Shown: positions 11,592-23,946 of the stretch, in pieces
Numbering within the stretch: position 1 is the stretch's first letter
Layout of the letters: every line of letters begins with the position of its first letter
Source: Ureaplasma parvum serovar 3 str. ATCC 27815
GTDB lineage: Bacteria; Bacillota_I; Bacilli_A; Mycoplasmatales; Mycoplasmoidaceae
Direction: 5' to 3'
Assembly: GCF_000019345.1 (NCBI RefSeq)
Contig: NC_010503.1
Coordinates: 570,001 to 602,000 of the forward strand
Length of the DNA stretch: 32,000 bases
Made by a program: the position numbers and the translations under genes
Notes under the pieces: model-generated
Told to the model about the DNA's origin: nothing
Databases searched by the model: none
What the model saw: only the letters and a program-made list of their open reading frames with translations

Positions 11592-14333
11592 TTAAGAATT
11601 AATTTTGTTTGGTAGTTTAATAGTTAAATTTTGATCATCTTTAGAAAAAGGACTAATATCATTTGTTGTTAAATCATTATAAATGATTGTTACTTTATTA
11701 AGTACTAAATCATCATAATACCAATCAAATGACTCATGATCATTTTGATCTTTATAGTCAATATTTGCATAATTTATTACATATGTTAAAGTTTTAGTTG
11801 CTTTATCTAAAACAAAATCTTTGTCCTTGTTTGAATTAATTGCTTCAGGATTGCTAAACGTTCTAGATAATGAAAATGTTCAATTAGCATTTTTATTATT
11901 TTTAGGCTTTAAAGACGAAATAATGGCAAACAGTTTATGATCCGCATTTTTGTTATATCATCAATTATTAGAAAACTGCAATGATATTTTTGTTTTTTTG
12001 GTTACTGAATCATAACTAGCAACAATTTTTTCTACCTTAGAAGCTGAAGCGTTAGTTTGAACCATTGTTATAGAAGTATTAATAATCACTGGTTTAGCAT
12101 TTATCATTAACGAACTAATTTGATAAGTGCTCTCAGGTTCTAAACCTCCATAAATATTTTCATCATTATCTAAATCATAAATTAATTCAATTACATTTGA
12201 ATTATTAACTTTTGAAGATAAAACAGTTTGGGGACTAAGTGTAAATTTTCGGTTAATAATATTAGTATCAAGATTATAAAAATTTAAAGCATAATCTGAT
12301 GGATTTAAGCTTTGATGTAAACTTAAACTATCTAATTTCATTTTAATTTTTAATATATTATGGATTTTGTCATATTCTCAAGTATCAAGAGATGCTGTAA
12401 TAGGAATCTCAAAAATAGCTTCATGATTGTGTTTTGATAATAACTCAATCACAGACTGATCATCGTTTATTAAACTAATACTTTTAATTACATATTGATG
12501 TTGTTTTAAATAATTTGGAAATGTGTTTTGGTTAATTTTTAATTTAAATCCTGCTTGTTGGAAACTAAATTCATTATTTAAACGATTAAAAATAATTTGC
12601 TTACCGTCTTTTAAAGTCAATTTAATTTTATTAATTTTTGTAAGATTAAGTTGTTTAAAATGTTTGATATTAAGATGTAATTCAGGATCATTCTTAGCAT
12701 TAAATTTAATTACATTTGATTGGTATTCAGCAAATTTTAACGTAAATTGTTTATTTTGTAAATCATCAATTTCAATTGGTATTTCATTGATTGATGCTTC
12801 ATTATTAACCACAGTTAATTTAGTAATTATATAATTAGAATCATTTTCAAGAATTTGACCTATCGATTTAGCATTCAAAGTTTTATTTAGATTTAATAGA
12901 AAATACTTATTTTTTACATCATAAAAAGAACCTGTTGTTATTTTGTTTTCTAAAATATCAAAACTAAAGGTCTTTATATCTTCTTGCTGATCTGTATTTA
13001 TTTTTTTAATTGTTAATAAAACTTTTTTAGTATTTTGCACTATTGGCGAATCACTATCTAATTGAAATTTCATAAGCATATTTTGTGGATCAGTATCATC
13101 AAATGTAAATTTAATGATTTTAGAAAGATGTTTATTAGTTAAATCAAGCTGTTTTTCTCTAATACTTAATGGCAAAGTTTGCTTATCATTCATTATTGTT
13201 AATGATTTAATTTTAAAAAAAGGAGTTTTTAAAATAAGAGTTTGTAATTCTAAATTATTGACTAAATCAAAAACAATATTGTTTTTATCGTGATTAAACT
13301 TTAATGATTTTAAAATAATAGTTTTATTATTTTTAGTTGATATAAGTTCAATATCTGCACTTAACATATTATCTTTAAAATTATATGGGTTAATAAAATG
13401 ATCATATGAAAGTTGTAATTGTTGTGGAATTCCATCATTTTTAATCACTTTAGTATCTAAAACATTTATTTTTGTTCATTTTGAAAAAACAGATGGAATT
13501 AATAAATAAGTTGGTCTTTGATTATTAATACTTCCATCTAACTGTAACCCACTTGGTTTATAAACGCTTTGGTTAATTTCAAGTTTTTTTTGGTCTAAAA
13601 CTAATTTAGAAATAAAATATTCGCCATCATCTAATTGGTTATTTGCATCAGCATTTAAATTAGCAGTAATAGTTAATACTGGTTTTTTATTTTGTTGTGT
13701 TAAGTGATTAAATTGATATTTTAGAAAATGCAATTTAAAGGTTTTATTTGTTTTTTTATTTGTTAATTCAATTTCAATATTTTTATCTTTAATATCATTA
13801 AGATTTAAATTTAAAAGCTTAATTTCGAATTCAACTTCTGTTTTTTTAATGTTAGTAAATCGGGCACTCTGGTCAACAACTTTAATTAAATGATCTTCTT
13901 TATTAAAATTAAAATTAATGGATCTAGTCAACATTTTATTAGTTTGAATCACTTGAACGCCAACAAATTCTTGACTTGAATTTATAATAATTTTTTCATT
14001 GGGTTTAGGACGTTGGGGTAAGCGAATATAAATACGATTATTTATAATAATTGGTTTTATATCAACATAAAAAGCAATTTTTTGGTTTGAACTATTAATA
14101 ATACTTGTTGAAAAAATAACTTTTGGCATTTTTTGCATATCTTCATTTGTTAATTTATTAAATTCATAAGCAATATAATAATCGTCATTTTCTGTTTTTA
14201 AAAAATAATCTAAAACTTTTAATTTATATCTGGTTTCACTAAAACTACATGCAGAAATGGTGCTGATAATAGGTATTGATATTAATGAAGCAATAAGTAA
14301 GTTTCAGTATTTATTTTTATTTTTTAATCTCAT
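11592..14333 (-). CDS. Large lipoprotein, DUF1410-like repeat family (913 aa)
   Basis: MRLKNKNKYWNLLIASLISIPIISTISACSFSETRYK... lipobox; ORF-track pieces 11961, 12378 and 13476 all in one frame; TAA stop at 11592-11594. Confidence 0.86.
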
Positions 14334-14486
14334 AGTTTATTCAATCCACTAAACAAATAAATATTTATATTTTATACCGGTTGTAATTAAGTTAAATTTA
14401 AATAAAAATTAATGCTATTTTTAGTTAAATTAAAAAATAATTTTTGGAACATTATATTGTGTAAATTTCCTATATTATTATAATAT

Positions 14487-14525
14487 AAAAAAATACTTTA
14501 AGAACATTGGGAGGTTCTTAAAGTA
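14487..14525 (-). terminator. Rho-independent terminator of secDF-apt transcript
   Basis: Perfect 12 bp stem TACTTTAAGAAC / GTTCTTAAAGTA with 8 nt loop, followed by T7 on the minus strand, 22 bp after the apt stop. Confidence 0.85.
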
Positions 14526-14546
14526 AGAATTTAATTTTTATAAAAA

Positions 14547-15068
14547 TTAATAATTAATTAAAGCATGAACTTTTCCACTTAGTTTTTCTTCACCTTTTAG
14601 AAATCCTAAACGAATTAAATAAACACTCCCTGCTACAATTCCTTTAGCTTGACGAACAAGATTTTCAATCGCAGCAACAGTCCCTCCTGTTGCTAATAAA
14701 TCATCAACAATTAAAACGCGTTGGTTTGGTTTTAGTGCATCTTTGTGCATCTCCACACGAGAACTACCATATTCTAATGTGTACTCAGCACTATAAACAT
14801 CATTTGGTAACTTATTTGGTTTACGTACCAAAATAAATGGCTTATTTAATTTGATTGATAATGGTGCTGCAAACAAAAAACCACGCGACTCCGCACCTAT
14901 TATAGCATCTATATTTAATGATTTAGCAAAGTCAGCAAAATCATCAACAATCTTTTCAATAATTTTTGGTTCTAAAAATAAAGGAGTAATATCCTTAAAA
15001 ACGATTCCTTTTTTAGGGAAGTCTGGTACATCCCTGATTTTTGATTTAATGTAATCAATATTGATCAT
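14547..15068 (-). CDS. apt: Adenine phosphoribosyltransferase (173 aa)
   Basis: IRDVPDFPKKGIVFKDITPLF, GAESRGFLFAAPLS, FVLVRKPNKLP, VLIVDDLLATGGT (PRPP motif). Confidence 0.95.
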   Translation of the reverse strand: MINIDYIKSKIRDVPDFPKKGIVFKDITPLFLEPKIIEKIVDDFADFAKSLNIDAIIGAESRGFLFAAPLSIKLNKPFILVRKPNKLPNDVYSAEYTLEYGSSRVEMHKDALKPNQRVLIVDDLLATGGTVAAIENLVRQAKGIVAGSVYLIRLGFLKGEEKLSGKVHALINY

Positions 15069-15088
15069 AATCGTTATAAATCTTTCTT

Positions 15089-18000
15089 TTAAAATTTATT
15101 TATATTCATAATTTCTTGTTCATCAAATTTATCATAAACATTATCTGCATTATCATCCTTAGCTAATAAACCTTTACTAATATAAACCATTTTCATTCAT
15201 AAATAATGAATAATTATGATTGATAAATAATGAGTAGATATTAAACTAAATAAAATAATTGCATTAAAACTAATTAAAACAAATGGTGTAAAAATCATTA
15301 ATCACAATAATGCAAATAATATCACAATGTATATTATATTATAAGTATTAAAGTATTTAATTAAAGAATCTTGAATTTGAAATTGTAATTGTTTTTTTGT
15401 TACATGCTTCATTAAATCCAAAGTTCGTTTTAAATTTAAACAAATATGTAAACTAAAACTAGTCATTAAAACAAAACTCGTGTTAATTGCAATAATTGAT
15501 ATTTGATTATTAAATAAACGTAATAATCCAGCAATACCAAAGCTAATTAACGATGTACAAATGAGATTAATTATTATGGGGATTATTGATTGGGGTTTTA
15601 GTCAAATGCTTGATCAAATTAAAATAATAGCAAAGATAATAAAATACGCAGCAATTGAATTTGTAATATTATTAATTAAATGATATTGACTACTTCTATA
15701 AACAATTGCATCACTAAACCGGTGATTTAAACTGATCAAATCTATTTCACTTAAAACATTTGGTTTTTTAGCATCAAATTGCATTGATACTACTCCATCA
15801 TTAATCTTATAATCTAAAATAGTTTTGAACTCGTGAGAATTAAAGTCTTTTAAATCACTTTTCATAATTAACTCATATACAGAACCAAAACTAAAACTAT
15901 GGTTTGGAACAATAAAACCTAAAATAAATAAGCCAATAAAAGCTAAAATAAAGATAAAAATTAAAAAACTAATTCTATAAACCTTTTGATTCATGATTTT
16001 AAAAATCAATCGTTGGTATTTTTGTTGATCGTTTCATTCAAATTTATCATCAAAACGATTTTGGTTAATTGCATTAGTTGCAACTAAATATTTTCTTCAT
16101 AGATGTAGTTTTGGAAGATGATGAGCAAGTGATCACAACATATACATCATTACAATAAATAATATATAAGATATTAACAAACAAGAAAAAGTTATTAAAA
16201 TCAAATTAAAACCAAAAATACTAATGTTATTTTTACCAAAATACATAAAAACTAAACTGATAAAAATCATTAATAAATAAAACATTCCTTGATTAACAAT
16301 CGTTTTATTTAAACTAATTCTTAAAGCGTTTTTATAAGAAAATTTTTGTTGAATTAAATGTTTTATATGGTTATTGAAATCAACTAAATTTAATAATGGC
16401 CAACAAATACCAATAATTAATGCACTATAAGTTTCTGTACTAAATCCTAAATTACTTGATTTTATTAATAATAAACTAATAACAAAACTAAAAGCCATTA
16501 ACAAACTATAAATTAAACCTGGAATTTTATATAAAAGACTAATAATAATAGCGATGATTAAGATTAAAACTGCAATTCCAATCAAAATCGCATCCATAGG
16601 ATTAATTGTTTTAATTACTGCACGTTTTAAATTAGATGGTTTTGTACTAAAATTATTTAATAAGTCATAAAAAGTTTTAGCGTAATCCTTTTTAATATTA
16701 TTTTCACTAAAAACTGATTGTGCAAAATAAGTTGGTAAATAGTATTGTTTTAGATTATGAGCTGTATTAATAAAAGATTGAGTTGTATTATCTTTATTTA
16801 AAACTAGCTTGTCAGAGGTATATTTAACAATGCTTTGTTGGGCAGGAGTTAATTTATCATCTTTTTTTGGTGCTAGAAAGTAGTTAAAAAAATTATTATA
16901 ATCAATTGCGTAAACAAAACCTCTTACTAAAGATAACTTATTAATGTTTCATGAATAAAACATTTCATTATCTTTAAAATTTTGTGTTTCATCTTGATTA
17001 TTTGCATTTTTAATTTTTACTTTATGTGATGAAGATTGATAAAAAGCGCGAATTATATTCAATAATTGATCTGTTTGAACATTGATTGGTTCAATAATAG
17101 AGTTTGTATTAATAAAATATTTATCAAAATCTTGTTTTGCTAATCAATCAACAAAAGCTTTTTCCTCGCTGTTTGTATTTAAATTTTTATAAACAGTATC
17201 AACATAATCTCAACTTTTAGGATCAACATATTTTTGTTTTTGAGCATGCGCTAATGTCAATAACATATTAAATCTTGCAATTAATCCATCACGATTAACT
17301 CATAACAATCAAGAATTAACTGGAGCTTTTCGTTTTTGTTTTGTTCTATCAAAAGTCGCTACAGCTTGAGCTCTTGTTTTATTACCCATTGGATTGAAAT
17401 TAAAATTAGCATCAAACTCTTTAGCAAAAAAATCTAAATTAAATTTTTGATGATCAAAACTAGTTTTTGGCAATAAAATTTCAACTTGCTGACCATTATT
17501 AGTTGTTTTAACACTAATTTTTTTAGGATCATTATTTAAAGTTAATCAATTTGTATTATCAAAATCCCTGTTTTGTGAAAGTTCAGGTTTTGGTGAAAAA
17601 AGTGAAGAAATGTTTTGTAATTCTAAACGGTTAGCGGTAGTAAATAAGCTTAAAAGTTGGATTTTTGAATTAATTTTTTCGTATGGCTTTGTTTTAGTTA
17701 GAAAATTAACGATATCTAATTTTGAATTTGTAGGATAAAATTGATAAACAATTTCCCCAAATTTTTCATGTTTTTTTGTATTTTTATTAATACGTTCATA
17801 AATAGCATATTTAGCACTAACATTATTTACACCCAATGCTTGTAAGTGTTTTTGACTTAGATTCGCTGTGGTTTTTAATAAATTTAACTGCTCTGCTTCT
17901 GTTTGAAAATCATTCAATAAAACTTGTGTTCTTGCTGATATTTTATCACCAAAATCACCAGTTTTTATATTCTTATTAGCATAATTAGCAGCCCCAATAC

Positions 18001-18100
18001 CAGTGCCTACAATTGCTGCAATTGTTAATGTACTAATTCCAAAAAATGCTAAAACTTTTTTTCATTTCTGTTTGAATTTTATTTTTGTTTTAAATGACAT
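15089..18100 (-). CDS. secDF: Protein translocase SecDF-like fusion protein (about 1003 aa)
   Basis: Single frame from MSFKTKIKFKQKWKKVLAFFGISTLTIAAIVGTG; N-terminal TM, large extracytoplasmic region, TM cluster with TETYSALIIGICWPLLNLVDFNNHIKHLI...ISIFGFNLILITFSCLLISYILF (SecD-like), then a second TM-soluble-TM half (SecF-like). Confidence 0.72.
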
Positions 18101-18421
18101 TGTAAAACCAACTAACCTTGAATCATATTTTTAGAAATACTATAAACTCATAAAAACATTCATATTAACTAATTAATAATTATATATTAATTGTCATGAT
18201 ATCACTTATTAAATTCCTAATTATTTTTAAACTTGTACAAAAATTGTGTTTTTAACCTTAATATTTTTTATTTGCACTAATTTATTATTAAAAGAACCTT
18301 TATAAATTAATAACTAAAAACGTTTTAGATTATTTTAGAAAATAAATAATGGAGTAATATGTTAAGGTTATAATTATTTATAATTTAATTATATTAGAAA
18401 AAACAATTTAATAAGGATGTT

Positions 18422-18889
18422 ATGCATTTTTTAATAACGAATGAAGTTAAAAAAATCTTTAATGATAAATTATATTCACAGCGTTTTAAACAAATAACCG
18501 ATTTGGTCTCCACAAAATTAAATATTGATAAAAAGCGATTTTTTGAATGTCATTTTGTTGATGAAAAAACGATACAAGAAATTAATAAAAACTATCGTAA
18601 TAAAGACTATATTACAGATGTTATTAGTTTTGCATTTGATGATGGCGAAATTATTACTCCTTTATTGGGAGAAATGTACATTTGCTATCAAAAGGTTGTT
18701 GATCAAGCAAGTCAATTTGCTCATTCATTCGAACGTGAACTATGCTTTTTATTTACACATGGTTTACTTCATTTATTAGGTTATGATCATATAAAAATTG
18801 AAGATGAAAAAATTATGTTTGCTTTACAAGATGAAATTTTAAATGAATTAAAAATTACAAGAAATATAAATGGTGCTAGAAATGATTAA
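18422..18889 (+). CDS. ybeY: Endoribonuclease YbeY (rRNA maturation factor)
   Basis: INKNYRNKDYITDVISFAF...LLGEMYI...FTHGLLHLLGYDH metal-binding HGxLHLxGYDH motif. Confidence 0.95.
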   Translation: MHFLITNEVKKIFNDKLYSQRFKQITDLVSTKLNIDKKRFFECHFVDEKTIQEINKNYRNKDYITDVISFAFDDGEIITPLLGEMYICYQKVVDQASQFAHSFERELCFLFTHGLLHLLGYDHIKIEDEKIMFALQDEILNELKITRNINGARND

Positions 18890-19784
18890 AAAATACGGAA
18901 TCGTAGCTATTGTTGGAAAACCAAATGTTGGTAAATCAACATTAATCAATGCGATTATGAAAAAAAAAGTCTCAATCATTTCAAATAAGCCGCAAACAAC
19001 ACGCAATGCTGTTAAAGAGATTTATGAAGATGATGAATCAGCAATTATTTTTACTGATACGCCTGGTTTTCATGAACCATCAAATAAACTAGATTTATTT
19101 TTAAATCATGAAATTGAAATTTCATATAAAGAAGCAAATGTAATCTTATTCGTGACAACTATGGACAAGGAATTAGATGCCAATGATTTTGAAATTATTA
19201 ATTTAATTAAAGAAGCAAATAAAGAAAATATTATTTTAGTCATTTCAAAAGCTGAAATGGCTAAAAATCAAGATCAAATTGATGAAAGAATCCACTTTTT
19301 AAAAAAACATATAGCATTTAAGGATGTTGTTCAAATAAGTGCTTTACATGTTATTAACATTGATAAATTAATTAATACAATCAAAAATTACCTTCACAAA
19401 GATGTGGTAACCGATTATTTTCGTCAAAAAGCCGAAAAAGAAGATAAATTTGTTATTACTGAAATTATTCGTGAACAATGCTTATTAAATTTAAACCATG
19501 AAGTTCCTCACGGTGTTGGTGTAGAAATTGATGAAAGTAAATACAACCAAGAAGCAAATCATTGGATAATTAAAGCTTCAATAATAATTGAAAAAAATTC
19601 TCATAAACCTATTATTATTGGCCAAAATGGTACGATGATTAAAAAAATTAGCATGGGGGCAAGAAAGCAGTTGCATGAAATTTATGATTGTCATATTTCA
19701 TTAACAATTTTTGTTAAAGTTGAAAACAATTGACGTGATAATAATAATATTATTAAATCATTAGGGTATAAAATTAAAAAATAA
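18882..19784 (+). CDS. era: GTPase Era
   Basis: IVGKPNVGKSTL, DTPGF, KAEM; C-terminal KH-like region; ORF reads through UGA(Trp) at 19731 to TAA at 19782-19784. An alternative in-frame ATG exists at 18870. Confidence 0.95.
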
Positions 19785-20500
19785 TGGCTGAAATAATAAC
19801 TAGAGGATATTTAGTTGCGCGCCAGGATTATGATGTTTTTGATGAAATATTAACATTTATTAATGAATATGGTAATCGTTTTATTATGTTTGCACCTGGA
19901 ACAAAAAGAATTACTTCTAAGAACGCAAGAGCTTTGTTTTTTGGTAATTTTTTAGAAATACAATTTTTTTATGCAAGAAATGATACAAAACTTTCAAAAT
20001 TAAAAAAAGTTATTTCTCTAGATCAAATTGATTATAAGTACGAAAATACATATTCAATGCTAATATTAAGCGAATTAATGACTAAAGTTGTTAATTTTAA
20101 TGTTGAATTCTACCAATTCTATCAGCTAATACTAGAATATATCATTTTAGAATATAATGATTATTATATAAGCTGTTTTTTATTGGTAAAATTTTTAATA
20201 ATGAATGGAGTTAATTTTAATTTTCAAGCATGTGTTCATTGTAATAGCTCAAAAAATATTAAAACTTTTTCTTTGGCTGATCATGGTCTTATATGTATTA
20301 ACTGTGAATCTAAAATTATTAATAAAATAGATTATGAACCAAAGGCGTTACAATTATGGCAGAAACTTTATTTTGCAACACAGATAAAAAAAGACGAGGA
20401 TAAAGATAATGAAATTATATATAAGGGGTTATTAAAAATATTAAATTCTGTTCTTTATGATCAATTAGGAATTTATTTAACGATAATAAAAAATATTTAA
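19784..20500 (+). CDS. recO: DNA repair protein RecO
   Basis: Start overlaps the era stop (TAATG); CVHCNSSKNI...LICINCE zinc motif; classic gene order after era. Confidence 0.82.
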   Translation: MAEIITRGYLVARQDYDVFDEILTFINEYGNRFIMFAPGTKRITSKNARALFFGNFLEIQFFYARNDTKLSKLKKVISLDQIDYKYENTYSMLILSELMTKVVNFNVEFYQFYQLILEYIILEYNDYYISCFLLVKFLIMNGVNFNFQACVHCNSSKNIKTFSLADHGLICINCESKIINKIDYEPKALQLWQKLYFATQIKKDEDKDNEIIYKGLLKILNSVLYDQLGIYLTIIKNI

Positions 20501-20533
20501 ATAAAAAAGGATTTTAAAAAATAGGCAATAATT

Positions 20534-21955
20534 ATGAGATATAAATTTAAAACACAAGAAGACTTAGTAAATCATTTAAAATCTGTTGGTTTTGTTTTTG
20601 CAAATTCAGAAATATATAATGGATTAGCTAACGCATGAGATTATGGACCATTAGGTGTATTATTAAAAAATAATTTAAAAAATTTGTGGTGGAAGGAATT
20701 TGTTACTAAACAAAAAAACATTGTAGGTTTAGATAGTGCCATCATTTTAAACCCCTTAGTATGAAAAGCAAGTGGACATTTAGATAATTTTTCAGACCCA
20801 TTAATTGATTGTAAAAGTTGTAAAACAAGATATCGTGCTGACAAATTGATTGAATCTTTTAATAAAGATATTCATATTGCTGAAAATTCTACTAATGAAG
20901 AATTTATGAAAGTTTTAAATGATCATAAGATCTTCTGTCCTACATGCAAACAATTTAATTGAACTGATATTCGTCATTTTAACCTTATGTTTAAAACACA
21001 CCAAGGAGTAATTGAAGATCCTAAAAACATCGTTTATTTAAGACCAGAAACCGCTCAAGGTATTTTTGTTAACTTTAAAAATGTTCAGCGATCAATGCGT
21101 TTACACTTACCATTTGGGATTGCACAAATAGGTAAATCATTTAGAAATGAAATAACTCCTGGTAATTTTATTTTTAGAACTCGTGAATTTGAACAAATGG
21201 AAATTGAATTTTTCTTAAAAGAAGAAATTGCATATGATGTTTTTGATAAATATTTAAACCAAATTCAAAATTGATTAGTTACTTGTTGCGGATTAGATTT
21301 GAATAATTTAAGAAAACATGAACATCCCAAAGAAGAATTATCACACTATTCAAAAAAAACAATTGATTTTGAATATAATTTCTTACATGGTTTTTCTGAA
21401 TTATATGGAATTGCATACCGAACTAATTATGATTTATCTGTGCATATGAATTTATCAAAAAAAGATTTAACATATTTTGATGAAGAAACTAAGCAAAAAT
21501 ATATTCCTCATGTTATTGAACCATCAGTTGGTGTAGAAAGATTATTGTATGCTATTTTAACTGAGGCTACATTTATTGAAAAACTAGCAAATGATGAAGA
21601 CCGAATTTTAATGAATTTAAAATATGATCTAGCCCCTTATAAAATTGCTGTAATGCCATTAGTTAATAAATTAAAAGAAAAAGCAGAAGCAGTTTATAAT
21701 AAAATTTTGGATTTAAATATTTCAGTAACTTTTGATAATAGCGGAAGTATAGGCAAACGCTATCGCCGTCAAGATGCTATAGGAACAATTTATTGTATAA
21801 CAATTGATTATGATTCATTTGGTGATGAACACGATCCTACTTTTACTATTCGTGAACGAAACACAATGGCTCAAAAAAGAATTAAATTATCAGAGTTATC
21901 TTTATATTTAAGCCAAAAAGCTCATGAAGATTTTCAAAAGCAATGTCAAAAATAA
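20534..21955 (+). CDS. glyS: Glycyl-tRNA synthetase (473 aa)
   Basis: [63 protein letters not shown]-terminal anticodon-binding region; several in-frame UGA codons. Confidence 0.95.
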
Positions 21956-23868
21956 CTAACAATGTTTTTTTAACAATTCGTAATGCTATAAATATTTCCG
22001 ATGTTATTCAAAATTACATTAAAGTAATTAAAAAGGGTAATAATTATTGAGCTATTTGTCCATTTCACAATGATACAAATGAATCATTGTCAATCAATGA
22101 TAAAAAACAAATCTTTAAATGTTTTGCTTGTAATCATGCTGGTGATGTGATTAAATTTGTTGCTGAATATAAAAAGATCTCCTATGCTTTAGCAGCACAA
22201 GAGATTGTTCAATTAATGAATTTAGATTTAAACTTATTGAATCATTTACAAAAAATTTCTCCACAAGAAATTAAAAAAAATAAGGTTTTTGATTTAAACA
22301 AACAAATTCAAAAATGATTTATTAATTTTTTAAATAATAAAAATAACATTCATGTTATTGATTATTTAACTAAACGAAATTTAAATAAAAATGATTTAGC
22401 ATATTTTAAAATCGGTTATGCTCCAAATAATGATGAATTATTAAATTTAATAAAATCTAATTATAATAATCTGATACAAGAAAATGACGAGTTTGAATTA
22501 AATAAATTAATAGAAAATTCCTTTTTAGTAATTGATAAGAATGGTAATTACCATGATTTTTTTAATGATCGTATTATTTTTAGTATTTATGATCATCTCA
22601 ATAACGTTGTTGGTTTTAGCGGACGTATAATTACAAATGAGAAAACACCAAAATATTTAAATACTAAAACCACTGCTGTATTTAAAAAAGATGAAGTTCT
22701 TTATAATTTTCATAATGTTATCACCATTGAAAATAATCATCAATTATTTATAGTTGAAGGTTTTATGGATGTTATTACAATTCATAAATCTAACAAACCA
22801 AACGTTGTAGCAACAATGGGTGTTGAATTAACTAATAAACATTTAGAATTAATTAAAAGCTATGGAATTAAAGATTTAATTTTATGTTTTGATAACGATC
22901 AAGCAGGTTTTTTAGCTACTAAAAAACAAATTATGAAATTAATTAATTCCCCATTCAACATTTTTATTGTTAATCATAAAGATAATGATTGCAAAGACAT
23001 GGATGAATATGCAAATAAGCACGGTTATAGTGCAACAAGTAAGCTATTAGACCAACAACTTCATATTAGTGAATTTTTATTATTAGAAATTAGTAATACA
23101 AACAAATCTACCCCCTCACTAAAACACAGTTATAAACAAGAGTGTTTTACAATCATTAAAAAATATGGTGATATTTTTTATGTAGATAAATATGTTGATT
23201 TCATGAAACAAACATTTTCAATTGAAGAAAATTTATTAAAAAAAGTTATTGAAGAATTATTAATTAACAAACAATGTAATTCTATTCAAAACAAAAAGAA
23301 CATTCAATCATATCAAAAACAAACACAACTAACTAATAAACTTACTACTTCAAACCCAAAAGTTATCCTAACAAAAATTGATAAACATTTTAACCACTTA
23401 GTAGTAATTATATTAATGAATCGGGTTTTCTTAAACCGTCTTGATACGCAAGTTCGTAACCGGTTAACTAAAGAGCAAAGTTTAGTGATTAATATTATAG
23501 AAGACTTTTATTTGTACCATTTTAAGATTAATAATATTTTAAAAAACACTGATTCTTTTATTGAATTTATTAATAAAAACTACAGTAAATATACTAATGT
23601 TATTAACCAACTTACAAAAATGGTGCAGATTATTAAATATAACCCTAAGTTTGATAATATAGTGGCATTTGAACTAGCTAAAAATAATTTTATATATGAA
23701 TGATTAAACAACCAAATTAAACGTTTAAAACTCATCAATCTAAATTTAAATATGAATAATAACCAAGAACAAATCATAAATAATGAAAAATTAATAAAGC
23801 AATATAATGATGAAAAAATTTTATTAGACAATTTAATCAATGCTTCTTTATTTCATAAAAATCAATAA
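21943..23868 (+). CDS. dnaG: DNA primase (641 aa)
   Basis: [30 protein letters not shown] zinc-binding motif; VEGFMDVI and [15 protein letters not shown] motifs; fragments joined through UGA codons. Confidence 0.95.
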
Positions 23869-23875
23869 TGAATAC

Positions 23876-23919
23876 AAAAAAGCTTTTTAGTAATGTTTGT
23901 TTACTAGAAAGCTTTTTTT
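23876..23919. terminator. Bidirectional rho-independent terminator between convergent dnaG and the giant surface protein
   Basis: AAAAAGCTTTTTAGTAA - TGTTTGT - TTACTAGAAAGCTTTTTTT, 17 bp stem with one wobble, A/T runs on both sides. Confidence 0.85.
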
Positions 23920-23946
23920 ATTATTAATCAATTAGTTTAAATGTAA

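Noticed and set aside
12523-12834. Plus-strand 103 aa ORF
   Set aside because: Antisense within the 11592-14333 lipoprotein gene; low-complexity shadow ORF.
14851-15054. Plus-strand 67 aa ORF
   Set aside because: Antisense to the well-supported apt gene.
18525-18779. Plus-strand 84 aa ORF
   Set aside because: Wrong-frame shadow inside ybeY.
20641-20844. Minus-strand 67 aa ORF
   Set aside because: Antisense inside glyS.
23580-23840. Minus-strand 86 aa hydrophobic ORF
   Set aside because: Antisense of the Asn/Lys-rich dnaG 3' end; apparent hydrophobicity is an AT-rich artefact.
23869-23946. Possible small RNA or CRISPR-like palindrome
   Set aside because: Single hairpin flanked by A/T runs between convergent gene ends, best explained as a bidirectional terminator.
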